DNA of 64,000 bases from an uncultured Thermoleophilia bacterium. Its GTDB lineage: Bacteria > Actinomycetota > Thermoleophilia > UBA2241. How positions within the stretch are numbered: position 1 is the stretch's first letter; every line of letters begins with the position of its first letter. The translations under genes were made by a program, and so were the position numbers. Below the pieces are notes generated by a model. It saw only the letters and a program-made list of their open reading frames with translations, was not told the DNA's origin and ran no database searches. Location of the stretch: NCBI GenBank assembly GCA_963705205.1, contig CAVPJG010000005.1, forward strand, positions 349,237-413,236. Reading direction: 5' to 3'. This document shows positions 1 to 8,448 of the stretch, one piece after another.

Positions 1-1
1 G

Positions 2-1939
2 GCCATCCGCGACCTCAAGGTCGGGGAGGAGGCGACCATCCGCGGCGAGGTCGTGCGCGTGCGCGCCGAGCGCACGGCGCGCCGGCGGGTCGACATCGTC
101 AAGGTCCTGCTGCGCGACGACACCGGCGCCGTGGACGCCGTCTGGTTCAACCAGAGATACCTGACGAGGATCCTGCAGGAGGGCATGCGGCTGAGCCTCC
201 GCGGGACCTTCCGGCCGCAGGGCGGGCGCCAGTCTTTCGTGGTCAAGGGGCACGAGATCCTCGACGAGGAGGTCGGGGAGGGCGTGCACACGGAGGGTGT
301 GGTGCCGGTGTACCCGGCCAGCGAGCAGGTATCGGCCAAGCTGCTGCGCGCGCTGGTCCACGCCGTCGCCCCGGTCATGCGCCTCCTGCCCGACCCCCTG
401 CCGGCGGAACTGCTCGTGCGTGAGGGTCTGCCCGGCCGGGCCGACGCGGTCACGGCCGTGCATCTCCCGCGCTCGCTCGCGGAGGCCGGCGCCGCGCGCG
501 AGCGTCTCGTGCTCGAGGAACTGCTGCTGATGCAGGTCGGGCTGCTGCGGCACAAGGCGGAGCAGCAGCAGCGCGTGCACGCGCCGGCGCTTCCCGAGCC
601 GGGAGAGCTCAGCCGGGCGTTCCTCGAGGGCCTGCCGTTCGAGCTGACCGCGCACCAGCTCGGCGCGCTGGACGAGCTGGAGGGCGACCTGCGCCGGGAC
701 GTCCCGATGCGGCGCCTGTTGCAGGGCGACGTGGGCTCGGGCAAGACGGTCGTCGCCCTCTACTGCCTCCTGCGCGCCGCGGAGGCCGGTCTGCAGGGCG
801 TGCTCCTCGCCCCGACGGAGACGCTCGCCGCGCAGCACGCGGAGACGGCGGCGCGACTGGCCGGCGCCCTCGCGCCTGCGGAGCTGGTGACGGCGTCGCT
901 GCCCGCGGCGGAGCGGCGGGCGGCCCTCGGCCGCCTCGCCGCGGGTGAGGCTCAGCTCGCGATCGGCACGCACGCCCTCCTGCAGGAGGACGTGCGCTTC
1001 GCCGGGCTCGCGCTCCTGGTCGTCGACGAGCAGCACCGCTTCGGCGTGGAGCAGCGCGACGCGCTCGCCCGCCGGGCGGAGCGGGACGGCGTCGCCCCGC
1101 ATGTGCTGCACATGACGGCGACGCCCATCCCGAGGACCCTCGCCCTGACCGTGTTCGGCGACCTGGACGTGACCACCATCGCCGGCGTCCCTTCGGGACG
1201 GCAGCCGGTGGTGACGCGGCTCGTCGACGAGACTCAGCGCGAGACCGGCTACGCGTTCGTGCGCAAGCAGATCGCCAGGGGCAGGCAGGTCTACGTGGTC
1301 TGCCCGGCGATCGACGAGTCGGAGTCCATCTCCGCTGCCACCGCCGTGGCGGAGGCGGAGCGGCTGCAGGCCGGGCCGTTCCGCGACGCACGCGTCGCGG
1401 TGGCGCACGGCCAGCTCAGATCGGGTGAGCGCGACGAGGTCATGCGTGCGTTCAAGACCGGGGAACTCGACGTCCTCGTGGCGACGAGCCTGATCGAGGT
1501 GGGCATCGACGTGCCCAACGCCACGGTGATGATCGTGGAGGGTGCGGAGCGCTTCGGCCTCGCCCAGCTGCACCAGCTGCGCGGACGAGTCGGGCGCGGT
1601 AGCGAGAAGTCGTACTGCCTGCTGTTCGCCGAGGCGGAGACGGGCAGCTCCCAGCAGCGGCTCGAGGCGCTGCTGGAGACCAACGACGGCTTCGAGCTCG
1701 CCGACAGGGACCTCGAGATCCGCGGGGAGGGGCAGGTGATGGGCGCGCGCCAGGCGGGCGTGCCCGACCTCAAACTCGCCCGCCTCGCCCGCGATCGCTC
1801 CGCGCTGCTCCGCGCGCGCGAGCTGGCGGCCGGTATCCTCGCCGCCGACCCCGGCCTCGCGAGCCCCGTCAACGCTCCCCTGAAGGACGCGATGGAGGCG
1901 GCGTTCGGTCACGAGCTCGGCTGGCTGCTCAAGGCCTGA
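2..1939 (+). CDS. recG: ATP-dependent DNA helicase RecG (5' end cut by window edge)
   Basis: Frame is open from the window edge (AIRDLKVGEEATIRGEV...) and is the same frame as ORF 53..1939. Helicase motifs GDVGSGKT and DEQHRFGV, plus a RecG-type C-terminus. Confidence 0.9.
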   Translation, partial: AIRDLKVGEEATIRGEVVRVRAERTARRRVDIVKVLLRDDTGAVDAVWFNQRYLTRILQEGMRLSLRGTFRPQGGRQSFVVKGHEILDEEVGEGVHTEGVVPVYPASEQVSAKLLRALVHAVAPVMRLLPDPLPAELLVREGLPGRADAVTAVHLPRSLAEAGAARERLVLEELLLMQVGLLRHKAEQQQRVHAPALPEPGELSRAFLEGLPFELTAHQLGALDELEGDLRRDVPMRRLLQGDVGSGKTVVALYCLLRAAEAGLQGVLLAPTETLAAQHAETAARLAGALAPAELVTASLPAAERRAALGRLAAGEAQLAIGTHALLQEDVRFAGLALLVVDEQHRFGVEQRDALARRAERDGVAPHVLHMTATPIPRTLALTVFGDLDVTTIAGVPSGRQPVVTRLVDETQRETGYAFVRKQIARGRQVYVVCPAIDESESISAATAVAEAERLQAGPFRDARVAVAHGQLRSGERDEVMRAFKTGELDVLVATSLIEVGIDVPNATVMIVEGAERFGLAQLHQLRGRVGRGSEKSYCLLFAEAETGSSQQRLEALLETNDGFELADRDLEIRGEGQVMGARQAGVPDLKLARLARDRSALLRARELAAGILAADPGLASPVNAPLKDAMEAAFGHELGWLLKA

Positions 1940-1962
1940 GGGGGCGCTCGCCGGCGCCCGCG

Positions 1963-1975
1963 TATACTCAGCTCA
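1963..1975 (+). promoter_or_regulatory. Putative -10 box (TATACT) giving a leaderless transcript for the next gene
   Basis: TATACT at 1963-1968 is followed by 6 nt and then ATG at 1975. No Shine-Dalgarno sequence and no convincing -35. Confidence 0.35.
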
Positions 1976-4596
1976 TGCGTACGCCCGAACTCATCGCCAC
2001 GCACAGCAACACCGACTTCGACGCGTTCGCCGCGATGGTCGCCGCGCACAAGCTGTACCCGGAGGCGCAGATCAGCCTCGGCGGCGCGGTCAATCGCAAC
2101 GTGCGCGAGTTCCAGGCGCTCTACGCCGACGCCATCCCGGTGGTGGACCCGGGGGACGTGGACCGCGACAGCGTCCGCCGGCTGGTCCTCGTCGACACCG
2201 TGCACGCCAACCGGCTCGGCGACCTCGGCGACCTCTGCGGCCGCGAAGGCGTGCAGGTGGTCGCCTTCGACCACCACGCCCACCCCGACGACCTGCCCGA
2301 GTACCTCGATCCGGATGCCCTGATCAGCTCCGGCGACGGCTCGCTGGTCACGCTGCTCGTGCGCATCATCGCCGAGCGGGGGATCCCGGTGACGCCGTTC
2401 GAGGCGACCGTGTTCGCCCTCGGCATCCACGAGGACACGGGGTCCCTGACCTTCGCGACCACCACGACGCGCGACGCGGAGGCGCTGGCCTACTGCATGC
2501 GCGCCGGCGCGGACACGGAACTGCTCGAGAAGTGGCTGACCAACGCGCTGACGCCGGCGCAGCGAGTCACCCTGGCGGCGGCGTTGCAGACGGCGCACGA
2601 ACTGCCCATCGCCGCGGCGACGGTGTTGCTCTCGTCGCTGCACCAGGATCTCTATGTGGAAGGCGTGAGCGTCGTCGCGCACAGGGTCATGGACCTGACC
2701 GGCTGCGACGCGTACTTCCTGCTCGTGGAGATGGAGGGCCGCGTGTTCGTGACGGCGCGCAGTCGCGGCGGCAGGGTCGACGTGGCCGAGGCGCTCCGCG
2801 CCGTGGGCGGCGGCGGGCACACCGCCGCCGCATCGGCCGTCGTCAAGGACCGCTCGCTCGATGAGGTGGCGGCGGCCGTGGCGGCCGCGGCGCCGCGGGC
2901 GGTGGCGCCCACGCGCGTCGCCCTCGACGCCCTGGAGCCGGGCCCGGTGGTCCTCGGCGACAGCGCGAGCGTCGATGACGCCGCCCTGGTCTGCCGGCGA
3001 GACGGCCTCGGCGGCGTCGGCGTCGTCCGCGATGGGCTGCTGGCCGGGCGCGTCGCGCTCGCCGATCTGGAACGCGCGTCGGCGCACGGGCTCGGGCACG
3101 CGCCGGTCAAGGCGGTCATGACGACGAGCGTGCCGATGATCGGGGCGCGGACGCCCCTCGAGCGGGTCGCCCTCAGGCTCGCGCAGGACGAGGTCGGCTG
3201 GCTGCCCGTCGTCGCGGACGAGCCTGCGCGGTCTGAGGACGAGGGCGTCGCGCTCGGCGACCTCCTCGGCGTCGTCTCCCGCCGGTCGGTCGCGGGGGCG
3301 CCCCCGCGCGAGCCGGCAGCGCCGGTGACGGCGAACCTCGCCGGCCGCCTGGGAGAGCTGGGCCTCGACGAGCTGCTCCGGCACGTCCAAGCCGTCGCGG
3401 CCGGCGTGCGCGGCTGCTACCTCGTCGGCGGCGCCGTCCGCGACCTGCTGCTGGGCGAGCCCGGGTTCGACGTCGACCTCGCGGTGGAGGGCGACGGGAT
3501 CGCGTTCGCGACCGAGCTGGCGGCCAGGCTCAAGGGACACGTGCGGCCGCACCAGAAGTTCGGTACCGCGGTCGTCGTCGCCCACGACGGGGCGGACAGG
3601 CTGCGCGTGGACGTCGCCTCCACCCGGGCGGAATCCTACGCCTACCCCGGCGCGCTGCCCAAGGTGGAGCACGCGGGCATCCGCAGCGACCTCGCCCGGC
3701 GCGACTTCACCATCAACGCCATGGCGGTGTCGCTCAAGCCGGAGACCTTCGGCGACCTCTTCGACTACTTCGGCGGCCGGGAGGACCTCCTGGCCGGGCG
3801 CATCGTCGTGCTCCACAACCTCAGCTTCATCGAGGATCCCACGCGGATCCTCCGCGCCATCCGCTACGAGAGCCGCTACGGGCTGCGCATGGACGAACAC
3901 ACGCTGAACCTCGCGCGCGCCTGTTGCTCCATGGATCTCGTCGGCGACCTCTCTTCGGCGCGGCTCCGCGACGAGCTCGTGAGCCTGCTCGACGAGCAGA
4001 AGGTCGACTTCGCCCTGCGTCGCGCGGAGGAGCTGGGCGTGTGGCCGGCGATCCACGGCCGGCTGCGCGTGGACGGGCACACGCGCCGGCTTGTGCGCCG
4101 CGCCGACGAGCTGCGCGCGAGGCACGCGCTCGAGCGGGAGACGCCGCGCTGGCGGCTCCGCCTGGTGTGGCTGCTGCGCGACCTCGACCCGGAGGAGATC
4201 GCCGCCTGGGTGGTGCGCATGCGCGTCCGCGCCCAGGACGCCTCCGTCCTCGAGCGCGCGCTCGTGGTCGCCGGGCGGCTCCTGGACCGCATCGCGCGGC
4301 AGCCGGGAGAGGCCGAGCTGTACGACCTGGCCGCCGGAGAGCCACTGGAGGCGGTCCTGGCGGCGATGACGCTCGACGAGTCGGGCATCGCCGCCGACCG
4401 GCTAGCGCACTTCCTCGACGTCTCGCGGCACGTGCGCCTGGACATCGGTGGCGCCGACCTCCTGGCGATGGGGTTCAGCTCCGGACCGCGACTGGGCGAG
4501 GTGCTGCGCAGCGTCCTGCACCTCAAGCTCAACGGCGTAGTCGGCGGCAGGGAAGAGGAACTCACCGCGGCGGCCAGGATGCGGGAGAGCGCGTGA
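1975..4596 (+). CDS. DHH/DHHA1 - CBS pair - poly(A) polymerase/CCA-adding nucleotidyltransferase fusion protein
   Basis: 873-aa ORF. N-terminal DHH motifs (VAFDHH, GGGGH), central CBS region, C-terminal PolyA_pol head (CYLVGGAVRDLLLG..FDVDLAV) and RNA-binding tail. Confidence 0.8.
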   Translation: MRTPELIATHSNTDFDAFAAMVAAHKLYPEAQISLGGAVNRNVREFQALYADAIPVVDPGDVDRDSVRRLVLVDTVHANRLGDLGDLCGREGVQVVAFDHHAHPDDLPEYLDPDALISSGDGSLVTLLVRIIAERGIPVTPFEATVFALGIHEDTGSLTFATTTTRDAEALAYCMRAGADTELLEKWLTNALTPAQRVTLAAALQTAHELPIAAATVLLSSLHQDLYVEGVSVVAHRVMDLTGCDAYFLLVEMEGRVFVTARSRGGRVDVAEALRAVGGGGHTAAASAVVKDRSLDEVAAAVAAAAPRAVAPTRVALDALEPGPVVLGDSASVDDAALVCRRDGLGGVGVVRDGLLAGRVALADLERASAHGLGHAPVKAVMTTSVPMIGARTPLERVALRLAQDEVGWLPVVADEPARSEDEGVALGDLLGVVSRRSVAGAPPREPAAPVTANLAGRLGELGLDELLRHVQAVAAGVRGCYLVGGAVRDLLLGEPGFDVDLAVEGDGIAFATELAARLKGHVRPHQKFGTAVVVAHDGADRLRVDVASTRAESYAYPGALPKVEHAGIRSDLARRDFTINAMAVSLKPETFGDLFDYFGGREDLLAGRIVVLHNLSFIEDPTRILRAIRYESRYGLRMDEHTLNLARACCSMDLVGDLSSARLRDELVSLLDEQKVDFALRRAEELGVWPAIHGRLRVDGHTRRLVRRADELRARHALERETPRWRLRLVWLLRDLDPEEIAAWVVRMRVRAQDASVLERALVVAGRLLDRIARQPGEAELYDLAAGEPLEAVLAAMTLDESGIAADRLAHFLDVSRHVRLDIGGADLLAMGFSSGPRLGEVLRSVLHLKLNGVVGGREEELTAAARMRESA

Positions 4597-5246
4597 ACGA
4601 CTCGGGTCTGCTCCTTCAGTTCCTCGTCGTCTCACCCCTTCTCCTCGTCAGCCTCGTGCTGCACGAGCTCGCGCACGGCTGGGTCGCGTACCGGCTGGGG
4701 GATCCCACGGCCAAGGCACACGGCCGGCTGACGCTCAATCCCATCAAGCACCTGGACACGTGGGGGACGATCATGCTCGCCGTCACGTTCCTCGGCTCCG
4801 GCGGCAGTTTCTTCTTCGGCTGGGCCAAGCCCGTGCCGGTGGACCCACGCTTCTTCAAGGACGGGCAGCGCGGCATGGCCTGGGTCGGGGCGGCAGGACC
4901 GCTCACCAACTTCGCGCTGGTCCTCGTCGCCACGGGCCTCATCTGGCTGACCTACACGCGGAGCCTGTTCCTGCTCGAGATGTTCTGGATGCTCTTCGTG
5001 CTCAACGTCATACTGATGACGCTCAACCTGATCCCGATCCCACCGCTGGACGGGTCGCGCGTCCTCGGCGGGTTCCTTCCGCGGGCGGCCTACAGCAAAT
5101 GGGCGGAGCTCGACCGCTACGGCAACTTCGTCTTCATCGGCCTGTTCCTGGTCATGATCGCCGTTCCCGGCTTCTTCGACGCGACGTTCGGCGCCGTGCT
5201 CGACGTGTTCCGGAACCTTCTCCTGCCGGGTGGGTGGCTCTGGTGA
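4593..5246 (+). CDS. Site-2 protease family (M50-like) membrane metalloprotease
   Basis: GTG 4593 overlaps the upstream stop (GTGA). HELAHG zinc motif in a multi-TM protein. In frame with ORF 3924..5246. 217 aa. Confidence 0.75.
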   Translation: MNDSGLLLQFLVVSPLLLVSLVLHELAHGWVAYRLGDPTAKAHGRLTLNPIKHLDTWGTIMLAVTFLGSGGSFFFGWAKPVPVDPRFFKDGQRGMAWVGAAGPLTNFALVLVATGLIWLTYTRSLFLLEMFWMLFVLNVILMTLNLIPIPPLDGSRVLGGFLPRAAYSKWAELDRYGNFVFIGLFLVMIAVPGFFDATFGAVLDVFRNLLLPGGWLW

Positions 5247-6031
5247 CGTCCGCGGGCTTCACCTGGCGGGAGCGCGACGGCGTCAGCTGGCTCGCGTGGC
5301 AGGCGCGCGGCGTGACGGCCGCCTTCCCGGCGCGGACCGGCGGCGTCTCGGCGCCGCCCTTCGACAGTCTGAACCTGGGCCTGTCCGTGCAGGACGGGGC
5401 CGGGGACGTTCTGGAGAACCGGCGGCGCCTGTGCGCGGCCGTGGGGCTGCCGCAGGGGCGCCTGGTCGTCCCCGGCCAGGTGCACGGAACGGAGGTGCGC
5501 TGGGTCGGGGAGGACGAGGCAGGATGCGGGGCGTTCGACAGCGAGACCGTGATCGCGGAGCACGACGGGCTCCTCACCGCGGCGACGGGGCTCGGCCTCG
5601 CGATCAGCTACGCGGACTGCGTCCCCGTGGTGATCGTCGCGGAGGGGGAGAAGGGGCCGGCCTACGCCACCGTGCACGCCGGCTGGCGCGGCATGCTGGC
5701 CGGGTTCGTGGGCCAGTCGGCCGCGGAGCTGGCCCGGAGCGGACGCCGCCTCGTCGCCGCGGCGGTGGGGCCGAGCATCGGCCCGTGCTGCTTCACCGTC
5801 GACGAGGAGCTGCGGCGCCGGTTCGAGGCCCGGTTCCCGGGCTCCTCCGGCGCCGCCGCCGTTGACCTCTGGCGCTGCGCCCGCCTCGAGCTCGAGGCGG
5901 CGGGCGTGCCGGCCCGGAGCGTCTCCGTCGCCGGTCTTTGCACCGCGTCGGACGCGCGCTTCTTCTCGCACCGCCGCGACCACGGGGTCACCGGACGGCA
6001 TCTGGCGGTAGCATGGCGGCAGGAAGCGTAG
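5243..6031 (+). CDS. pgeF: YfiH/PgeF laccase-domain protein (peptidoglycan editing factor / purine nucleoside phosphorylase family)
   Basis: GTG 5243 overlaps the upstream stop (GTGA). DUF152 motifs (YADCVPV, VHAGWRG, CCF). In frame with ORF 4760..6031. 262 aa. Confidence 0.8.
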   Translation: MTSAGFTWRERDGVSWLAWQARGVTAAFPARTGGVSAPPFDSLNLGLSVQDGAGDVLENRRRLCAAVGLPQGRLVVPGQVHGTEVRWVGEDEAGCGAFDSETVIAEHDGLLTAATGLGLAISYADCVPVVIVAEGEKGPAYATVHAGWRGMLAGFVGQSAAELARSGRRLVAAAVGPSIGPCCFTVDEELRRRFEARFPGSSGAAAVDLWRCARLELEAAGVPARSVSVAGLCTASDARFFSHRRDHGVTGRHLAVAWRQEA

Positions 6032-6066
6032 GCCTGTTCGAGAAGTAGGCCGCCGAGGAGGCAGCA

Positions 6067-6759
6067 GTGGTACGACAGTTCGTCCCCGATGTGGAGACGG
6101 TGCGCGAGCGGTACGCGGAGGTCGAGAGCCGGATCGCGGAGGCGGCCATCGCCGCCGGGCGCGACCCGGCCGAGGTCCGCGTGCTCGTCGCCACCAAGTA
6201 CGTGGCGGCGGAGCACCTCGGCGCGCTGCGCGACGCCGGCGTCCGCCTCATCGGCGAGAACCGCGCCCAGGACCTCGTCGCCAAGCACGAGCTGTACGGC
6301 GCCGCCTTCGACTACCACTTCATCGGGCACTTGCAGAGCCGCAAGACCAGGCTGGTGCTGCCCATCGTGAGCCTCATCCACTCCGTCGGGACCCTGAGCG
6401 TGGTGCAGGAGATCGAGTCGCGCGCCGCGAACGCCACCGATGTGCTGCTGGAGGTCAATATCGGCGGGGAGCAGACCAAGAGCGGTGTGCCGCTCGGGGA
6501 GGTCGACGCCTTCCTCGAGGCCGCCGCGGCTTCTCCCAAGGTCCGCTTCACCGGCCTGATGTGTATGCCGCCGCTCTTCGACGACGCCGAGGAGGCGCGC
6601 CCCTTCTTCGTGCAGGCGCGCGCGTTGGCCCAACGGCTTTCGACAAGCTGGGCCGGAACGTATACTTTCGAGCAGCTATCGATGGGCACCAGCGCCGACT
6701 ACTACGTGGCCGTCCAGGAAGGGGCGACCATCGTCCGCGTCGGGAGCGTGCTCTTCTGA
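6067..6759 (+). CDS. yggS: YggS-family pyridoxal-phosphate homeostasis protein
   Basis: 230-aa ORF with alanine-racemase-fold YggS motifs (VATKY, GENRAQ, HFIGHLQSRK, LSMGTSADY). GAGGAGG lies 6 nt upstream of the GTG. Confidence 0.85.
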   Translation: MVRQFVPDVETVRERYAEVESRIAEAAIAAGRDPAEVRVLVATKYVAAEHLGALRDAGVRLIGENRAQDLVAKHELYGAAFDYHFIGHLQSRKTRLVLPIVSLIHSVGTLSVVQEIESRAANATDVLLEVNIGGEQTKSGVPLGEVDAFLEAAAASPKVRFTGLMCMPPLFDDAEEARPFFVQARALAQRLSTSWAGTYTFEQLSMGTSADYYVAVQEGATIVRVGSVLF

Positions 6760-6778
6760 CCCTGTAGGGAGGGACCTG

Positions 6779-7315
6779 ATGGGCCTAGGCGACTGGTGGC
6801 ACAAGACCGCGGTCTACTTCGGCATCGCCGACGACGAGGACGACTACGACGAGGACGAGACCCTCGCCCCGCACGAGGAGCTCGAACGCTCGTACCAGGA
6901 GCGGCCCAACGTCCGCAAGCTCAACAGCGGCAAGGGCCGTAACGACTACGACGACATCTTCGCCGACGAGCCACGCCGCCGCGCGCCCTCCTCGTCGCAG
7001 CCGCCGGTGCGCGCCCTCGAGCCCGCGCGGCCCGCGCGCGTCGAAGTCCACCTGGTCATCCCCAAGAATTTCAACGACGCCCAGCAGATCGCCGACAAGT
7101 TCAAGGTCGACGTCCCGGTGATCATCAACCTGCAGGGCTCCGACACGGAGCTGGCCAAGCGGCTCATCGACTTCTGCAGCGGCCTCACCTACGCCCTCGA
7201 CGGCGGCATGCAGCGTGTCGGCGAGAAGATCTTCCTGCTCACTCCGCGCAACGTCGAGGTCTCAGCCGAGGAGCGGGCGAGGCTCATTGAGAAGGGCTTC
7301 TTCAATCAGTTCTGA
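6779..7315 (+). CDS. sepF: Cell division protein SepF
   Basis: C-terminal SepF domain (NFNDAQQIADKFK..PVIINL..RLIDFCSGLTYALDG). GGGAGGGA RBS. Expected position after yggS. Confidence 0.85.
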   Translation: MGLGDWWHKTAVYFGIADDEDDYDEDETLAPHEELERSYQERPNVRKLNSGKGRNDYDDIFADEPRRRAPSSSQPPVRALEPARPARVEVHLVIPKNFNDAQQIADKFKVDVPVIINLQGSDTELAKRLIDFCSGLTYALDGGMQRVGEKIFLLTPRNVEVSAEERARLIEKGFFNQF

Positions 7316-7372
7316 GACGCGGCGCGGCCGTCGCGGCTGCGCGACCCGGGCGTCGCGCGTCCAGGCGACGCC

Positions 7373-8161
7373 GTGAGGGTCGGGTGCGTCGGCGCCGGGC
7401 ACATCGCCCGCGCCCTCGGGCAGGGATGGAGCCGCCCGGAGATCGCCGACCCACCGCAGCTCACGTACCTCGACATCTCCGCCGAGGCCGCCGCGCGTGC
7501 GTCGGCGGACACCGGGGCTTCCCTTGCCGCATCATTGTCGGAGCTCATAGAGGCGTCCGACATCGTGATCGTCGCGGTGCGCCCGCAGCACGTCGCCGGC
7601 GTGCTCGCCGAGGCGGGTCCGCTTCTCGGCGACCGCCCGCTCGTGTCGGTCGCCGCCGGTGTCTCCCTCGCGGACCTGCGCGCGGCGCTGCCTGCGGGCG
7701 CTCGCGTGGCCCGCGTGATGCCCAACGTCGCCGCGGCGCTCGGACTGGGCGTCTTCTTGTTCGTGCCCGGCAGCCTGACGGACCGCGGCACGGCCGAGGT
7801 GGGGGGGCTCTTCGCCCTCGCCGGAGAGGTCGTCGAGCTGGACGAGACGCACTTCGACTCGGCGACCGCGGTCGCCGGGTGCATGCCCGGGATGCTCGCC
7901 ATGCTCGTGCGCGACTTCGGCCGCGCCGCGGAGCGGCGCGGCCTGGCGCCGGAAGTCGCTCGCCGGCTCGCGATCGCGGGCGTCCACGGCGCCGCCGCGG
8001 TCATCGCCCGCGATGGCGATCCCGATGCGGTGGTCGCCTCGGCGGCGACGCCCGGTGGCATGACGGCGGCCGCCATCACCGCTCTCGAGGAGCGGGATAT
8101 CGCGGAGGCGCTGGCGCTCGCCGTGGACGCGGCGGCCGAGCGCGCCAAGGAACTCACGTAG
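7373..8161 (+). CDS. proC: Pyrroline-5-carboxylate reductase
   Basis: 262-aa ORF. N-terminal Rossmann motif VGCVGAGHIA and C-terminal P5CR signature ATPGGMTAAAI. Confidence 0.8.
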   Translation: MRVGCVGAGHIARALGQGWSRPEIADPPQLTYLDISAEAAARASADTGASLAASLSELIEASDIVIVAVRPQHVAGVLAEAGPLLGDRPLVSVAAGVSLADLRAALPAGARVARVMPNVAAALGLGVFLFVPGSLTDRGTAEVGGLFALAGEVVELDETHFDSATAVAGCMPGMLAMLVRDFGRAAERRGLAPEVARRLAIAGVHGAAAVIARDGDPDAVVASAATPGGMTAAAITALEERDIAEALALAVDAAAERAKELT

Positions 8162-8170
8162 CCGCGTCGC

Positions 8171-8396
8171 ACTAATACCCGTAGAGCCACGAAGTGTACG
8201 GAGCGCTAGTGAGCGTCCGCTGGCCCGCAGGGTCGCGGCGGACGGACTGATGTCCGTAGATTCAGAAGTGTACGGAGAGCTATTGAGCGGCCGCCGGCCA
8301 AGGGCGCCGCGGCGGACGGACTGATGTCGTAGAGCACGAAGTGTACGGAGAGCTATTGAGCGGCCGCCGGCCCGAAGGGCGCCGCGGCGGACGGAC
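8171..8396 (+). repeat. Tandem array of three ~73-75 nt structured repeat units (family A, site 1)
   Basis: Units start with CGTAGAG at 8180, 8255 and 8328 and are preceded by ACTAATACC. Shared core GTGTACGGAG-GCTATTGAGCGG plus a GC-rich hairpin. ACGGAC-TGAT-GTCCGT hairpins span the unit junctions. The same family occurs at 45441-45672. Confidence 0.85.
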
Positions 8397-8448
8397 GAGA
8401 GAGCAGAGACGACGCGCGGGCAAGGCCGCGCGACCGAGAGGGGAGACG

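Noticed and set aside
8180-8396. Could the ~75-nt tandem repeats (here and at 45451-45672) be CRISPR arrays or tRNA-like genes?
   Set aside because: The whole period is repeated with no unique spacers, and no cas genes are present. There is no cloverleaf and no T-loop (GTTCGAATC-like) motif.
8341-8448. N-terminal extension of DivIVA from the ORF-track GTG at 8341.
   Set aside because: Those 36 codons lie in repeat unit 3 and the spacer. A good RBS (GAGAGGGGAG) precedes ATG 8449, which gives the canonical MKLTPLDIRHKEF DivIVA N-terminus.
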